A DNA stretch of 32,298 nt from Clostridium sp. (GCA_032077725.1 DAMAVY010000002.1:1-32298), one strand, 5' to 3'; shown: positions 8,811 through 19,354, counted from the first letter of the stretch. Numbers and translations are program-made. The notes: generated by a model from the letters alone, not told the origin.

Positions 8811-9719
8811 ATGAAAAAAAAGACTACGGTTGGAGGACAGGCGGTTATTGAAGGGGTAATGATGAGGGGCAATAAAGGAATCGCTACTGCAGTAAGGCTT
8901 CCAAGTGGGGATATAGAAGTAAAAAAAGAACCAAATACTAGCTTGACAAAGAAATATAAATTGTTTAGCATACCTGTAATTAGGGGGTTCATATCTCTTA
9001 TAGATTCATTAGTTGTAGGAATGAAAACTTTAGAGTATTCAGCGTCTTTCTTTGAAGATGATGATGAACCGAAATCTAAGTTCGATATATGGTTTGATAA
9101 TAAATTTAAAGATAAAGGGACTAGCATTATTATGGGAGCATCTTTAGTTGTGTCATTAATATTTACAATAGTGCTGTTTTTTATTTTACCAACTACCTTA
9201 ACTAGCATAGTGAAAAAGTTAATAACTTCTAATGTTATTGTTTTAAACATTATAGAAGGAATAATTAGGGTTATGATATTTTTGGCGTATTTATTACTTG
9301 TTGGAAAGATGGAAGATATTAAGAGGGTTTTTCAATATCACGGTGCAGAGCATAAGACAATATTTTGTTATGAAAATGGAGTAGAATTAACTCCGGAAAA
9401 TGCAATGAAATTTGGCAGACTTCATCCAAGATGTGGAACTAATTTCCTTTTTTTAGTTATGGTTATTAGCATAATCATTTTTTCATTTACAGGATGGGAT
9501 TCTATAGGGCAGAGAATAATGTCAAGAGTTTTATTACTTCCTTTAGTATCAGGTGTGACCTATGAAGTTATTAAGTGGCTTGGTAAAAGTGATAGCAAAT
9601 TATCTAAAATTATTGCATATCCAGGGCTACTTTTACAAAAGATAACTACCAAAGAACCCGATGAATCTATGCTAGAAGTGGCAATAGTATCACTTAAGGC
9701 TGCAGAGGGACTTGAATGA
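8811..9719 (+). CDS. DUF1385 membrane protein
   Basis: VGGQAVIEGVMMR, FQYHGAEHK and HPRCGTNF motifs; upstream of prmC. Alternative GTG start at 8802. Confidence 0.9.
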   Translation: MKKKTTVGGQAVIEGVMMRGNKGIATAVRLPSGDIEVKKEPNTSLTKKYKLFSIPVIRGFISLIDSLVVGMKTLEYSASFFEDDDEPKSKFDIWFDNKFKDKGTSIIMGASLVVSLIFTIVLFFILPTTLTSIVKKLITSNVIVLNIIEGIIRVMIFLAYLLLVGKMEDIKRVFQYHGAEHKTIFCYENGVELTPENAMKFGRLHPRCGTNFLFLVMVISIIIFSFTGWDSIGQRIMSRVLLLPLVSGVTYEVIKWLGKSDSKLSKIIAYPGLLLQKITTKEPDESMLEVAIVSLKAAEGLE

Positions 9720-9740
9720 TTATAGTAAATGAGGAATAAT

Positions 9741-10592
9741 ATGAATATTAATGAAGCTTTGATAAAGGGATATGATATTTTAAAAAATGTGAGTATAGAT
9801 TCATATATTATAGATGCACAACTACTTTTATGTAAGGTCTTAAATGTAGAAAAGTTGTACATAATTATGAATAGAAGTGAAGTCTTGCCTAAAGAAAAGG
9901 AAGAAGAATTTTTTCACCTTGTTGAAAAACGAAGAGGAAAAATGCCTATGGGATATATTCTAGGAAATGTAGAATTTATGGGCATTGATTTTATTGTTAA
10001 GGAAGGTGTTCTAATTCCAAGACCTGACACAGAAACATTAGTGGAGGAATGTATTTCTCTTATAAAGGAAAATCATATAGATAAGATATGTGATATGTGT
10101 TGTGGAAGTGGGGCTATTGGTATTTCCATAGCAAAGTATGTTATGGAAAGTAAGTTATGGCTATACGATATAAGTCCTATAGCTTTGCAGGTTACTAAGG
10201 ATAATATTGAAAATTTACAACTATCACAAAGGGTAAGTGCAAGGAAAAGTGATTTATTTGAAACTCCAATGAATGAAAACTTGAAATTTAATATGATAGT
10301 GTCAAATCCTCCTTATATTAAAGAAGAGATAATTGGAACTCTTATGGAGGATGTTAAAAGTTATGAACCACATCTAGCACTCTCGGGTGGTGAAGATGGG
10401 CTTACCTTCTACAGGAGAATATGTAGGGAGGGAAAAGAATTATTATATCCAAAGGGATATATGTGCTTTGAGATAGGATATGATGAGGAAAAAGAAGTAA
10501 GGGACATAATGAAACAGCAAGGATTTCAAGACATATATAGTTTAAAGGATTTGGGTGGAAATTATCGTGTAGTGATAGGAAGATTACCATAA
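9741..10592 (+). CDS. prmC: release factor glutamine methyltransferase
   Basis: VLIPRPDTE, DMCCGSGAI, VSNPPYI and EPHLALSGG motifs; ATG at 9741 follows SD GAGGA (alternative 9729). Confidence 0.95.
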   Translation: MNINEALIKGYDILKNVSIDSYIIDAQLLLCKVLNVEKLYIIMNRSEVLPKEKEEEFFHLVEKRRGKMPMGYILGNVEFMGIDFIVKEGVLIPRPDTETLVEECISLIKENHIDKICDMCCGSGAIGISIAKYVMESKLWLYDISPIALQVTKDNIENLQLSQRVSARKSDLFETPMNENLKFNMIVSNPPYIKEEIIGTLMEDVKSYEPHLALSGGEDGLTFYRRICREGKELLYPKGYMCFEIGYDEEKEVRDIMKQQGFQDIYSLKDLGGNYRVVIGRLP

Positions 10593-10613
10593 ACCATATT
10601 TTTATGGTATAAT
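10584..10613 (+). promoter_or_regulatory. extended -10 promoter upstream of prfA
   Basis: TGgTATAAT at 10605-10613 with weak -35 TTACCA. Confidence 0.5.
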
Positions 10614-10663
10614 AAAATGATGAAAATTTTGATTTACGATTAAATTACGGAGAGTGTATATAT

Positions 10664-11746
10664 ATGTTAGAAAGATTAGGTTTTTTAGAAAATAAATATG
10701 ATGAAATATCAAACAGAATTGGTGATCCTAGTGTAATGGCTAACCAAAAAGAATGGCAAAAACTTTGTAAAGAGCATTCAGAATTAGAAATAATTGTTAT
10801 GAAGTATAGAGAGTACAGAGAGGCAGAAAATGCAATAATAGAAAATAAAGAAATGTTAAATGAAGAGTCTGATAGAGAAATGAGAGAGATGATTCAAGAA
10901 GACGTTAAAGGGCTAACAGAAAAGGCTGAAAAAGCAAAAGAAGAAATAAGAATATTATTATTGCCTAAAGACCCTAATGACGATAAAAATGTATTTATTG
11001 AAATTAGAGGTGGCGCAGGTGGAGATGAAGCATCCCTGTTTGCAGCTAACTTATTTAGAATGTATACAAGATATGCAGAGCGTAACAGATGGAAAGTTGA
11101 AGTTATGAGCTCTAATGAAACTGATCTTGGTGGATTTAAAGAAGTAGTATTTATGGTTAAGGGAGATAAAACTTACAGTAAGCTAAAGTATGAGAGTGGA
11201 GTGCATAGAGTTCAAAGAGTACCTGATACAGAATCAAGTGGTAGAATTCATACTTCTACAGCTACAGTTGCAGTGCTTCCAGAAGTTGAAGATGTAGATT
11301 TAGAGATAAATATGAATGAAATAAAAATTGATGTATTCAGAGCTTCAGGAAATGGTGGACAGTGTGTTAATACTACTGACTCAGCAGTAAGAATGACTCA
11401 CTTGCCAACTGGTCTCGTTGTTTCATGCCAAGACGAAAAATCTCAGCTTAAAAATAAAGAAAAAGCTTTAAAGATATTAAGATCTAGATTATTTGAAGCA
11501 GCAGAGGCAGAAAGAGCTAAAGGAATTGCTGATGATAGAAAGAGCCAAGTTGGAACTGGAGATAGAAGTGAGAGAATTAGAACTTATAACTATCCTCAAG
11601 GAAGGGTTTCAGATCATAGAATTGGATTAACTCTTTACAAGCTAGAAAATTTCTTAGATGGTGACATAGATGAAATGTTAAACGCATTAATTACTGCTGA
11701 TCAAGCTGAGAAGATGAAGGAAATGGGAAACAATATTTTAGATTAA
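10664..11746 (+). CDS. prfA: peptide chain release factor 1
   Basis: [10 protein letters not shown] (PxT), GGQ motif, [11 protein letters not shown]. Confidence 0.98.
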   Translation: MLERLGFLENKYDEISNRIGDPSVMANQKEWQKLCKEHSELEIIVMKYREYREAENAIIENKEMLNEESDREMREMIQEDVKGLTEKAEKAKEEIRILLLPKDPNDDKNVFIEIRGGAGGDEASLFAANLFRMYTRYAERNRWKVEVMSSNETDLGGFKEVVFMVKGDKTYSKLKYESGVHRVQRVPDTESSGRIHTSTATVAVLPEVEDVDLEINMNEIKIDVFRASGNGGQCVNTTDSAVRMTHLPTGLVVSCQDEKSQLKNKEKALKILRSRLFEAAEAERAKGIADDRKSQVGTGDRSERIRTYNYPQGRVSDHRIGLTLYKLENFLDGDIDEMLNALITADQAEKMKEMGNNILD

Positions 11747-11768
11747 AATTTACAAGGTGGAGGAGTAA

Positions 11769-12356
11769 TTGATGGATATAGATAAAGTCCTAAAAAAGCA
11801 GAAAAAATCTTATAGAAGATTTATGCTGTCTATGGGCTTTATTTTTCTGCTACTTCCCATAGTTTTATTCATAGCGAAACAGTTTAACATGTTCTTTATA
11901 GGATATTTATGTGTAATTGAAACCTTAATTTTCATTTTGGTATTGAGACGATATAATGAAGAATATTTAAAATTTGATGTCTATGAAGATAAGATATGCA
12001 TAGCTATACTTGGAGGAAGAATTAAATATAAAGTTTCGTATAACAAGGTAGCAATTATTCATACTATACCTCAAGAAAAATATTTTGATATACTTATCAT
12101 AGTAAAATCTAAGCTACGAAACAAAAAAATGAGGGTAGTTACAAAAAAGGTATTAGAGAAATTTTCTGGTTTAGAAAAACATTATATAAAGATGAAAATG
12201 CCTACAGATGATGACTATTACTATTTTGTAATAACAAGGGGCGGAATTAGGAAATATCTTCTGCTGGATTTGTTGTTTAAATTTTGTGTAGGCGCCATTT
12301 TTACTGAAAATGCTATAAAGAATATAAAAGAACATAGAAAACTGAATAAATCATAA
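11769..12356 (+). CDS. hypothetical membrane protein (2 N-terminal TM segments)
   Basis: 195-aa ORF with strong SD GGAGGAG and two hydrophobic segments. Confidence 0.75.
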   Translation: MMDIDKVLKKQKKSYRRFMLSMGFIFLLLPIVLFIAKQFNMFFIGYLCVIETLIFILVLRRYNEEYLKFDVYEDKICIAILGGRIKYKVSYNKVAIIHTIPQEKYFDILIIVKSKLRNKKMRVVTKKVLEKFSGLEKHYIKMKMPTDDDYYYFVITRGGIRKYLLLDLLFKFCVGAIFTENAIKNIKEHRKLNKS

Positions 12357-12401
12357 ACTCTATAAATATATTTTACTATTAATAATTTTTATGGAGGAAT
12401 T

Positions 12402-13148
12402 ATGAATAGTACTATATTTATTATAGGAATATTTTCTGCGGTGATATCTCTTATTGGGACCATGATAGGTGCATTAATTGGGGTGTCTTTAAAAAATCCT
12501 ACCAACAAACTATTAGGAATTTTACTCGCAATTTCTACTGGAATAATTATATCTATAATTTTTCTGGAACTTATACCTGAATCTATTGGCAAAATAGGAT
12601 TTAGTAAAACCCTTATAGTTATAACTTTTGGTATAATTGTGATATATTTTATAGATTGCTTGATTAAAGTTAATAATAACAGCAGTGGTAGAAACCCTAG
12701 TAATATAAATCATATTAAAGTAGCAATTTTAATGGCGTTAGCATTGATGATGCACAATTTTCCAGAAGGTATAATAATGGGATTTGGTTTTGTAAAGGGG
12801 TCAGATCTTGGTATTAAAATGAGTATATTAATTTCCATTCATGATATTCCAGAAGGAATAGCCATGGCAGCACCATTAATAGCATCAGGAAAGAAACCTT
12901 TTAAAGTTCTCTTATATAGTTTCTTAGTTGCATTTCCCACAGTTATAGGATCTTGGATTGGTATACTTATAAATTCAATTTCAACAGCATTTTTAGGATA
13001 TAGCATTGCCTTTGCCAGTGGAATTATGATTTATGTAGCTTTTGGACAAATGCTCCCAGAAAGTAATGAGCTACATAGTGGTAATACTAATTCAATATGG
13101 ATTATACTCGGTATTGTATTAGGATTTGTAATGATAAATTTGTTTTAA
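12402..13148 (+). CDS. ZIP family (GufA-like) metal transporter
   Basis: HNFPEG and HDIPEG motifs; multiple TM helices. Confidence 0.9.
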   Translation: MNSTIFIIGIFSAVISLIGTMIGALIGVSLKNPTNKLLGILLAISTGIIISIIFLELIPESIGKIGFSKTLIVITFGIIVIYFIDCLIKVNNNSSGRNPSNINHIKVAILMALALMMHNFPEGIIMGFGFVKGSDLGIKMSILISIHDIPEGIAMAAPLIASGKKPFKVLLYSFLVAFPTVIGSWIGILINSISTAFLGYSIAFASGIMIYVAFGQMLPESNELHSGNTNSIWIILGIVLGFVMINLF

Positions 13149-13175
13149 GTCTATTAAAAGTGGGTGTTAAACAGT

Positions 13176-14225
13176 ATGAAAACAAAAGTTGTGATGTTAA
13201 GTGAAAAAACTATTGATGAAAACATTATAAATGAGGCAGGGAGCATCATAAAACATGGTGGACTTGTAGCTTTCCCTACAGAAACAGTATATGGACTAGG
13301 TGCAAATGCACTAGATGCAGATGCGGTAACTAAGATATTTGTGGCTAAAGGAAGGCCACAGGATAATCCTCTTATAATTCATGTTGCTGATTATAATATA
13401 GAACCTTATGTTAAAAATGTTTCACTAGTAGCTAAAGAAATAATGAAAAGATTTTGGCCGGGTCCTATAACAATAATATTGGAAAAGAAAGATTTAGTTC
13501 CTGGAGTAACTAGTGCAAATCTGCCTACTGTAGGTGTAAGGATGCCAAAGAATAATATTGCTAGAGGTCTTATTAATGCAGCGGGAGTGCCAATAGCAGC
13601 TCCTTCAGCTAACATTTCAGGAAGACCTAGCCCTACAGATATGAAAAGTTGCGTAGATGATTTAGATGGTAAAGTAGATTTTATATTAGGTGGAGAAAAT
13701 AGTATTGTTGGTGTGGAGTCAACAATAGTTGATTGTACCGTTTCTCCTATTTGCATATTAAGACCTGGTGCTATAACTTTAGAGATGTTAAGAGTTGTAG
13801 ATAATGAAGTTTACATAGATCCAGCTATACTTTCTAAACCCACAGGAGACTTTAAACCTAAAGCTCCAGGAATGAAGTATAGGCATTATGCACCTAAGGC
13901 TCCAGTGAAAATAATAGATGGTGATATTAATAAAGTTGTTGCAAAAATCAATGAAATGGTATTAAATTATATTGAACAAGGGAAAAAGGTGGGAATTATT
14001 GCAACAGATGAAACTAAGGAATCTTATGATAAAGGGACTGTGGTTTCGCTAGGTGCTAGAAGTCATATTGATGATGTGAGTAAAAACTTATTTAGAGTTT
14101 TAAGAAGCTTTGATAACTTAGATATTGATATAATACTTTGCGAGGCATTTGAAGAAATTGGAGTAGGAACTGCAATAATGAATAGATTAAAAAAAAGTGC
14201 AGGGTTTGATATTCTAAAGATATAA
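13176..14225 (+). CDS. sua5: L-threonylcarbamoyladenylate synthase (Sua5/TsaC2)
   Basis: VAFPTETVYGLGA, KGRPQDNPLIIH, AAPSANISGRPSPT, APGMKYRHYAP. Alternative GTG start at 13164. Confidence 0.95.
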   Translation: MKTKVVMLSEKTIDENIINEAGSIIKHGGLVAFPTETVYGLGANALDADAVTKIFVAKGRPQDNPLIIHVADYNIEPYVKNVSLVAKEIMKRFWPGPITIILEKKDLVPGVTSANLPTVGVRMPKNNIARGLINAAGVPIAAPSANISGRPSPTDMKSCVDDLDGKVDFILGGENSIVGVESTIVDCTVSPICILRPGAITLEMLRVVDNEVYIDPAILSKPTGDFKPKAPGMKYRHYAPKAPVKIIDGDINKVVAKINEMVLNYIEQGKKVGIIATDETKESYDKGTVVSLGARSHIDDVSKNLFRVLRSFDNLDIDIILCEAFEEIGVGTAIMNRLKKSAGFDILKI

Positions 14226-14239
14226 TTGGAGGTAATAAA

Positions 14240-14689
14240 ATGAAGATAGGAATAGGTAGTGACCACGGTGGTTTTAGATTAAAACAAGAAATAATTAAAC
14301 ACTTAGAACAAAAAAACATTGAAGTAAAAGATTATGGAACATATGCAGAGGAATCTTGCGATTATCCAGATTATGGACAAAAAGTAGGAGAAGCTGTAGT
14401 AGCTAAAGAATGTGATTTAGGAATTTTAATTTGCGGAACCGGGATTGGAATTAGTATAGCCGCAAATAAGATACCAGGAGTAAGAGCAGCATTATGTAGT
14501 GATACTTTTAGTGCACACGCAACTAGACAACATAATAATGCTAATATATTAGCTATGGGAGAAAGAGTAGTAGGACCAGGGCTTGCATTAGATATTGTTG
14601 ACGCTTTTTTAAGTTCAAGTTTTGAAGGCGGAAGACATGAAAATAGAGTTAACAAAATAATGAAAATAGAAGAAAAATATAATAAATAA
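14240..14689 (+). CDS. rpiB: ribose-5-phosphate isomerase B
   Basis: GSDHGG, DYPD, ICGTGIG, HNNAN and FEGGRH motifs. Confidence 0.96.
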   Translation: MKIGIGSDHGGFRLKQEIIKHLEQKNIEVKDYGTYAEESCDYPDYGQKVGEAVVAKECDLGILICGTGIGISIAANKIPGVRAALCSDTFSAHATRQHNNANILAMGERVVGPGLALDIVDAFLSSSFEGGRHENRVNKIMKIEEKYNK

Positions 14690-14709
14690 TCCTAGGAGGG
14701 GAAGAACAT

Positions 14710-15339
14710 ATGAGTAAAGTTACACAAATTGACCATCCACTAATATTACATAAGTTAGCGCTAATGAGAGATAAAAACACTGGCTCTAAAGATTTTAGAG
14801 AATTAGTAGAGGAAGTTGCAATGCTAATGGCCTATGAGGTTACAAGAGGTATGCAAGTAGAAGAAGTTGAAATTCAAACTCCAATCTGCACTACAAAATG
14901 CAAAATGCTTGCAGGTAAAAAGGTAGCTATAGTACCTATACTAAGAGCAGGACTTGGAATGGTTGATGGAATGCTTAAACTTATACCTGCAGCTAAAGTT
15001 GGACATATTGGTATGTACAGAGATGAAGAAACATTAATGCCAGTAGAATATTTCTGCAAGTTACCTCAAGATATTGAAGATAGAGATATAATAGTAACTG
15101 ACCCAATGCTTGCAACTGGAGGTTCATCAATTGATGCAATAAATGCTCTTAAAAAAAGAGGAGCTAAAAACATAAGACTTATGTGTCTTGTTGGAGCACC
15201 AGAAGGAATAGAAGCTGTTCAAGCAGCTCACCCAGATGTAGATATATATTTAGCATCTATGGATGAAAAGTTAAATGAAAATGGATATATTGTTCCTGGA
15301 CTAGGGGATGCTGGAGATCGTTTGTTCGGAACTAAATAG
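14710..15339 (+). CDS. upp: uracil phosphoribosyltransferase
   Basis: [18 protein letters not shown] and [17 protein letters not shown] motifs. Confidence 0.98.
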   Translation: MSKVTQIDHPLILHKLALMRDKNTGSKDFRELVEEVAMLMAYEVTRGMQVEEVEIQTPICTTKCKMLAGKKVAIVPILRAGLGMVDGMLKLIPAAKVGHIGMYRDEETLMPVEYFCKLPQDIEDRDIIVTDPMLATGGSSIDAINALKKRGAKNIRLMCLVGAPEGIEAVQAAHPDVDIYLASMDEKLNENGYIVPGLGDAGDRLFGTK

Positions 15340-15358
15340 TATAAGATAACATGTATTT

Positions 15359-15392
15359 AAAGTTTTGATTAGGCAACTAATCAAAACTTTTT
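15359..15392 (+). terminator. intrinsic terminator after upp
   Basis: AAAGTTTTGATTAG-GCAA-CTAATCAAAACTTT followed by T's. Confidence 0.85.
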
Positions 15393-15413
15393 CTTTATAT
15401 ACCTTATAAGAAA

Positions 15414-15445
15414 GAGCTGTCTCAAAATTTCTTTTGAAACAGCTC
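15414..15445 (-). terminator. hairpin downstream of reverse rubrerythrin, probable terminator
   Basis: GAGCTGTCTCAAAA-TTTC-TTTTGAAACAGCTC (one mismatch). Confidence 0.55.
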
Positions 15446-15496
15446 ATCTTAATGATATAGTAAATTTATTTTATGGGGGTTATAGGGGTTATAAGC

Positions 15497-16045
15497 TTAT
15501 TTACTAAAATATCTTTGTAATAAACCGTTGAAGGCAGATCCGTGTCTAGCTTCATCCTTGCACATTTCGTGAACTGTGTCATGAATTGCATCTAAATTTA
15601 ATTTTTTAGCAAGTGTTGCGAGGTCTTTCTTACCCTTGCAAGCACCATGTTCAGCATCAACTCTCATCTTTAAGTTAGATTTTGTATCAGCAACGAGAAC
15701 TTCTCCTAACATTTCAGCAAATTTAGCAGCGTGCTCAGCTTCTTCAAATGCTATTCTTTTGTAAGCTTCAGCAACTTCAGGGTAACCTTCTCTATCTGCT
15801 TGACGGCTCATTGCTAGGTACATTCCAACTTCTGAACATTCTCCATTGAAATTAGCTCTTAATGCTTCAACAACTTCAACATCAACTCCTGCTGCAATTC
15901 CTACCTTGTGCTCGTCTGCCCAAACTAAGTTTCCTTCTGACTTTTCTATAAACTTGTCAGCACCTGCTTTACATACTGGACAAAACTCTGGAGCTGAATC
16001 TCCCTCGTGAATATAACCACAAATTGTACATACAAATTTTTTCAT
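15497..16045 (-). CDS. reverse rubrerythrin / NADH peroxidase (Rbr3-type)
   Basis: N-terminal rubredoxin CTICG..CPVC followed by a diiron domain (GECSE, EEAEH, DEARH). Confidence 0.93.
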   Translation of the reverse strand: MKKFVCTICGYIHEGDSAPEFCPVCKAGADKFIEKSEGNLVWADEHKVGIAAGVDVEVVEALRANFNGECSEVGMYLAMSRQADREGYPEVAEAYKRIAFEEAEHAAKFAEMLGEVLVADTKSNLKMRVDAEHGACKGKKDLATLAKKLNLDAIHDTVHEMCKDEARHGSAFNGLLQRYFSK

Positions 16046-16117
16046 AAATATTTCCTCCTTAAATTTTTTTATTATATAATTATTTTTAATTTTCTTTTGT
16101 ATTTATCTTATGAATTT

Positions 16118-16146
16118 ATTATATATCATAAAATAATAATTATCAA
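16118..16146 (-). promoter_or_regulatory. sigmaA promoter of reverse rubrerythrin
   Basis: Minus strand TTGATA-N17-TATAAT. Confidence 0.7.
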
Positions 16147-16163
16147 TAGATAATTATTATTTT
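16130..16163. promoter_or_regulatory. candidate PerR/Fur-family operator overlapping the -35 element
   Basis: Perfect 15-bp inverted repeat AAAATAATAATTATC-AATA-GATAATTATTATTTT. Confidence 0.55.
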
Positions 16164-16393
16164 TTAGATGTTTTTTTAAAAATGATTTTATAAATTGCAA
16201 TTATGTACATAAATTGAATAAAGATAATATAAATTTATCCATTTCATTGTAATTAAAATAAGTAATTTTAATTACAACTATGTATTTAAAGAAAATCTTT
16301 TTATATGATAGTTATTAGGATATACTTGAAATAATAAAACATATATATATGGATAATGTGTTATATATCCAAACTTAAGGAGGAATATTAATT

Positions 16394-16882
16394 ATGGATA
16401 GAATAGATAAAAATAATTACTATCTTGATATTTGCGAAACTGTATTAGGGCGTGGAACATGCCTTAGAAGAAATTTTGCTGCAATTATTGTTAAAAATGA
16501 TGAGATAATGGCTACTGGATATACAGGAGCGCCTAGGGGCAGAAAAAACTGTTCTGATATTGGAAGTTGTAGAAGAGAACTTTTAAATATACCGAGAGGA
16601 ACAAGATATGAATTATGTAGATCAGTTCATGCGGAGCAGAATGCTATTATATCAGCTAGAAGGCAAGATATGATAGGAAGTACATTATATTTGGTGGGTA
16701 AGGAAATGAATAATGATGAATATGTGGAAAATTCTGCTCCGTGCTCATTGTGTAAAAGGTTTATTATTAATTCTGGTATAGAAAAAGTAGTAATACGAGA
16801 TACTAAGAGTAAATTTAGAGAAATAAAAGTAGAGTATTGGATAGAAAATGATGATTCTTTAGAGGGAGATGGTTCTTATTAG
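16394..16882 (+). CDS. dCMP deaminase family protein
   Basis: TCLRR, GYTGAPRG, HAEQNA and PCSLC Zn-deaminase motifs. Confidence 0.9.
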   Translation: MDRIDKNNYYLDICETVLGRGTCLRRNFAAIIVKNDEIMATGYTGAPRGRKNCSDIGSCRRELLNIPRGTRYELCRSVHAEQNAIISARRQDMIGSTLYLVGKEMNNDEYVENSAPCSLCKRFIINSGIEKVVIRDTKSKFREIKVEYWIENDDSLEGDGSY

Positions 16883-17257
16883 TTAGACATTTGAATAATT
16901 TGAGGAGCATATAACCAAATGTAACGATGCTAGGGAGCAGTTTACTTGAATAAAGTTTTATATTTTATGCATAAGAGGTATAAAAATTTTCAAAATACAT
17001 GGGTTTTAAAGGAATGTAAATATTTACAAAGCTTGTTTTGGCGGTTAAATATACAAAAAAAAAAAATGATGCATAAGTTTCTATTGTTTATAAATTGCAA
17101 ATATTAAATAAATAATGACAATTGACAAGAAGAATTTCATTATAGCAATTTTGATATAAAACGTTAAAATAAATAGTAAAACGGAGATAGCATGTACTAA
17201 TGTGAAATATCTGTGGATTTGGAACCATTTTGACTTGATTTGGGCTAATTTGAGGTT

Positions 17258-17285
17258 TTGGAAGATTTCCTTTGAGATGTATAAT
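17258..17285 (+). promoter_or_regulatory. possible sigmaA promoter of atp operon
   Basis: TTGGAA-N16-TATAAT, 26 nt upstream of atpI. Confidence 0.4.
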
Positions 17286-17311
17286 ACAAATATGCAAAAG
17301 CGAGGTGACAT

Positions 17312-17683
17312 ATGAATAAAGAATGTTTGCATCTTGTCAAAGTTATTGGCGTTTATGATTGCGCTATTGGAATTATAGTTTCATCAATTCTAACATTATT
17401 TTTCAACTGGAATTCATGGTTTTTTTTGTTGGGAATAGGTTGTAGTTTGGTGAATTTTATTATTAATTCATATTCAATACAAATGATGACGAGATACATA
17501 AGATTTAAAGGATTATTAATAATTTTTTCCTATTTATTTAGAATTGGCTTCATATGTAGCATATCTCTCGCCGTTATAGTTAAAAGTGAGGTGAGCTTTT
17601 TTATTTTTATTGCAGGATATACAGCTCAATTTATAGCCGTGGGGGGTTATGGATTCAAACTAAAAAATCAAGAGGGGATGTGA
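17312..17683 (+). CDS. atpI: ATP synthase protein I
   Basis: 123-aa hydrophobic ORF first in the atp cluster; SYLFR motif. Confidence 0.8.
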   Translation: MNKECLHLVKVIGVYDCAIGIIVSSILTLFFNWNSWFFLLGIGCSLVNFIINSYSIQMMTRYIRFKGLLIIFSYLFRIGFICSISLAVIVKSEVSFFIFIAGYTAQFIAVGGYGFKLKNQEGM

Positions 17684-17687
17684 TGAT

Positions 17688-18368
17688 ATGGAACAATTAG
17701 CACCGCTATTTTCTATTAGAATTTTTGGATATAATTTTGCAGTTAATTCCAATCTGATGATTCAATGGGTAATTATCATTGCTGCATTAGTTTTATCCAT
17801 TCTATATAGTAAAAAAGTAAAAAGAATCCCAGGGAAAATTCAAAGTTTTGTGGAAATAGTTTTAGAGTTTCTGTCCAAAACAGTTGAAGATAATATGGGA
17901 AATGGTACAAAGAAATTTATTCCATATATTGGTTCATTAGGAGCTTACTTGTTGTTATTAAATATGGTGGGGTTATTTGGAATAAAGCCACCAACAGCTG
18001 ATTATAGCGTAACTTTAGGAATTGCACTAACAACATTTTTCGTAATTCAAGGATATACTATTAAGAAGTTGGGTATTGCAGGTTATTTTAAGGGATATGC
18101 ATCTCCAATAGCTCTGTTGTTACCAATAAATATAATGGAAAGATTTATGCTGCCTATATCATTAAGTTTAAGACTTTTTGGTAATATATTTGCAGCAACA
18201 ATGATTATGGAACTTATATATCAAGGACTTTCGGGAATAAGTGTTATTGCAGCAATAGGTATACCTATACCTTTCCATTTATACTTTGATGTATTCGATG
18301 GAACAATACAAATGATTATTTTTGTAATGCTGACAATGATACAAATTAAAGTTACATCAGAGCACTAA
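17688..18368 (+). CDS. atpB: FoF1 ATP synthase subunit a
   Basis: PPTAD, SLSLRLFGN (essential Arg) and IQMIIFVMLT motifs. Confidence 0.96.
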   Translation: MEQLAPLFSIRIFGYNFAVNSNLMIQWVIIIAALVLSILYSKKVKRIPGKIQSFVEIVLEFLSKTVEDNMGNGTKKFIPYIGSLGAYLLLLNMVGLFGIKPPTADYSVTLGIALTTFFVIQGYTIKKLGIAGYFKGYASPIALLLPINIMERFMLPISLSLRLFGNIFAATMIMELIYQGLSGISVIAAIGIPIPFHLYFDVFDGTIQMIIFVMLTMIQIKVTSEH

Positions 18369-18493
18369 TTAATAATCAAATGAAAAATAAAAAATATTAT
18401 AAATAAGAAAATTTTACAATTTACTAAATGTAAATATAACAAATACTTACACTTAGTTTAATTATATAATTTATATTTGAGGAGGAAAAACAA

Positions 18494-18742
18494 ATGGATT
18501 CAGCAGCTTTTATAGCAGGTATGTCAGCAATTGGAGCAGGTATTGCAGCTCTTGGAGTTATAGGCGGAGGAATAGGAACAGGAAATGCTACAGCTAAGGC
18601 AGTAGAAGGTATAGCTAAGCAACCTGAGGCTAGTAGTAAAATAATGAGTGCAATGATAGTAGGTGGAGCTTTATCAGAAGCTACAGCTATATATGGATTT
18701 TTGCTTGGCTTATTATTAATATTATTTGGAGTAAAGGGCTAG
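18494..18742 (+). CDS. atpE: FoF1 ATP synthase subunit c (H+-type; loop KQPE)
   Basis: GxGxGxG helix, QPE loop, ion-binding E62 in SEATAIY. Confidence 0.96.
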   Translation: MDSAAFIAGMSAIGAGIAALGVIGGGIGTGNATAKAVEGIAKQPEASSKIMSAMIVGGALSEATAIYGFLLGLLLILFGVKG

Positions 18743-18872
18743 TATTTTGATAGAAATAAAAGAAGGAAGGTGTAGTTCCGCATTTTAACAATATTAATAA
18801 AATCACTATAAAATAAAGGTTACAAGAAAAATCATTATTAATGTAGTTAAGATATTAAGGGGAACGTTTTGT

Positions 18873-19352
18873 ATGAATATTGATTTTCAAATGATTATAC
18901 TATCAACCATCAATTTTTTTATATTTTATTTTATACTAAGAAAATTCGTGTTTAATAAGACTCTAGCCGTTATGGATTCTAGGAAAGAAGAAATAGAAAC
19001 TTCTTTTAAAATGGCACGAGATGAGGAAGAACGAGCAAAACTATTAAGACAGCAGTATGATACTGATGTGAAAAAATATAGGATTGATGGCTTGCAGTTA
19101 GTAGAAAGTTACAAGCATAAGGCTGATAAGGTTTATGCAGAAGTTATTGAACAATCACAAAAAGAAGCAACTATTGTAAAAGAAAAAGCTTCTAAAGATA
19201 TAAAACGCGAAAGAGAAAAAGCTAATAAAGAAATTAAGCAAGAAATTATTGATTTATCAATGAAACTTGCTGAGAAAACTTTAGAAAAAGAGATTAACCA
19301 AGAGAATCATAGGGAGTTAATTGATAAATTTATATCCAAGGTAGGTATTTAA
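18873..19352 (+). CDS. atpF: FoF1 ATP synthase subunit b
   Basis: N-terminal TM (INFFIFYFIL) plus charged coiled coil; operon position. Confidence 0.92.
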   Translation: MNIDFQMIILSTINFFIFYFILRKFVFNKTLAVMDSRKEEIETSFKMARDEEERAKLLRQQYDTDVKKYRIDGLQLVESYKHKADKVYAEVIEQSQKEATIVKEKASKDIKREREKANKEIKQEIIDLSMKLAEKTLEKEINQENHRELIDKFISKVGI

Positions 19353-19354
19353 AA

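Noticed and set aside
17081..17332. Two small minus-strand ORFs upstream of atpI
   Set aside because: No SD or recognisable family, and they overlap the atp promoter region and atpI start.
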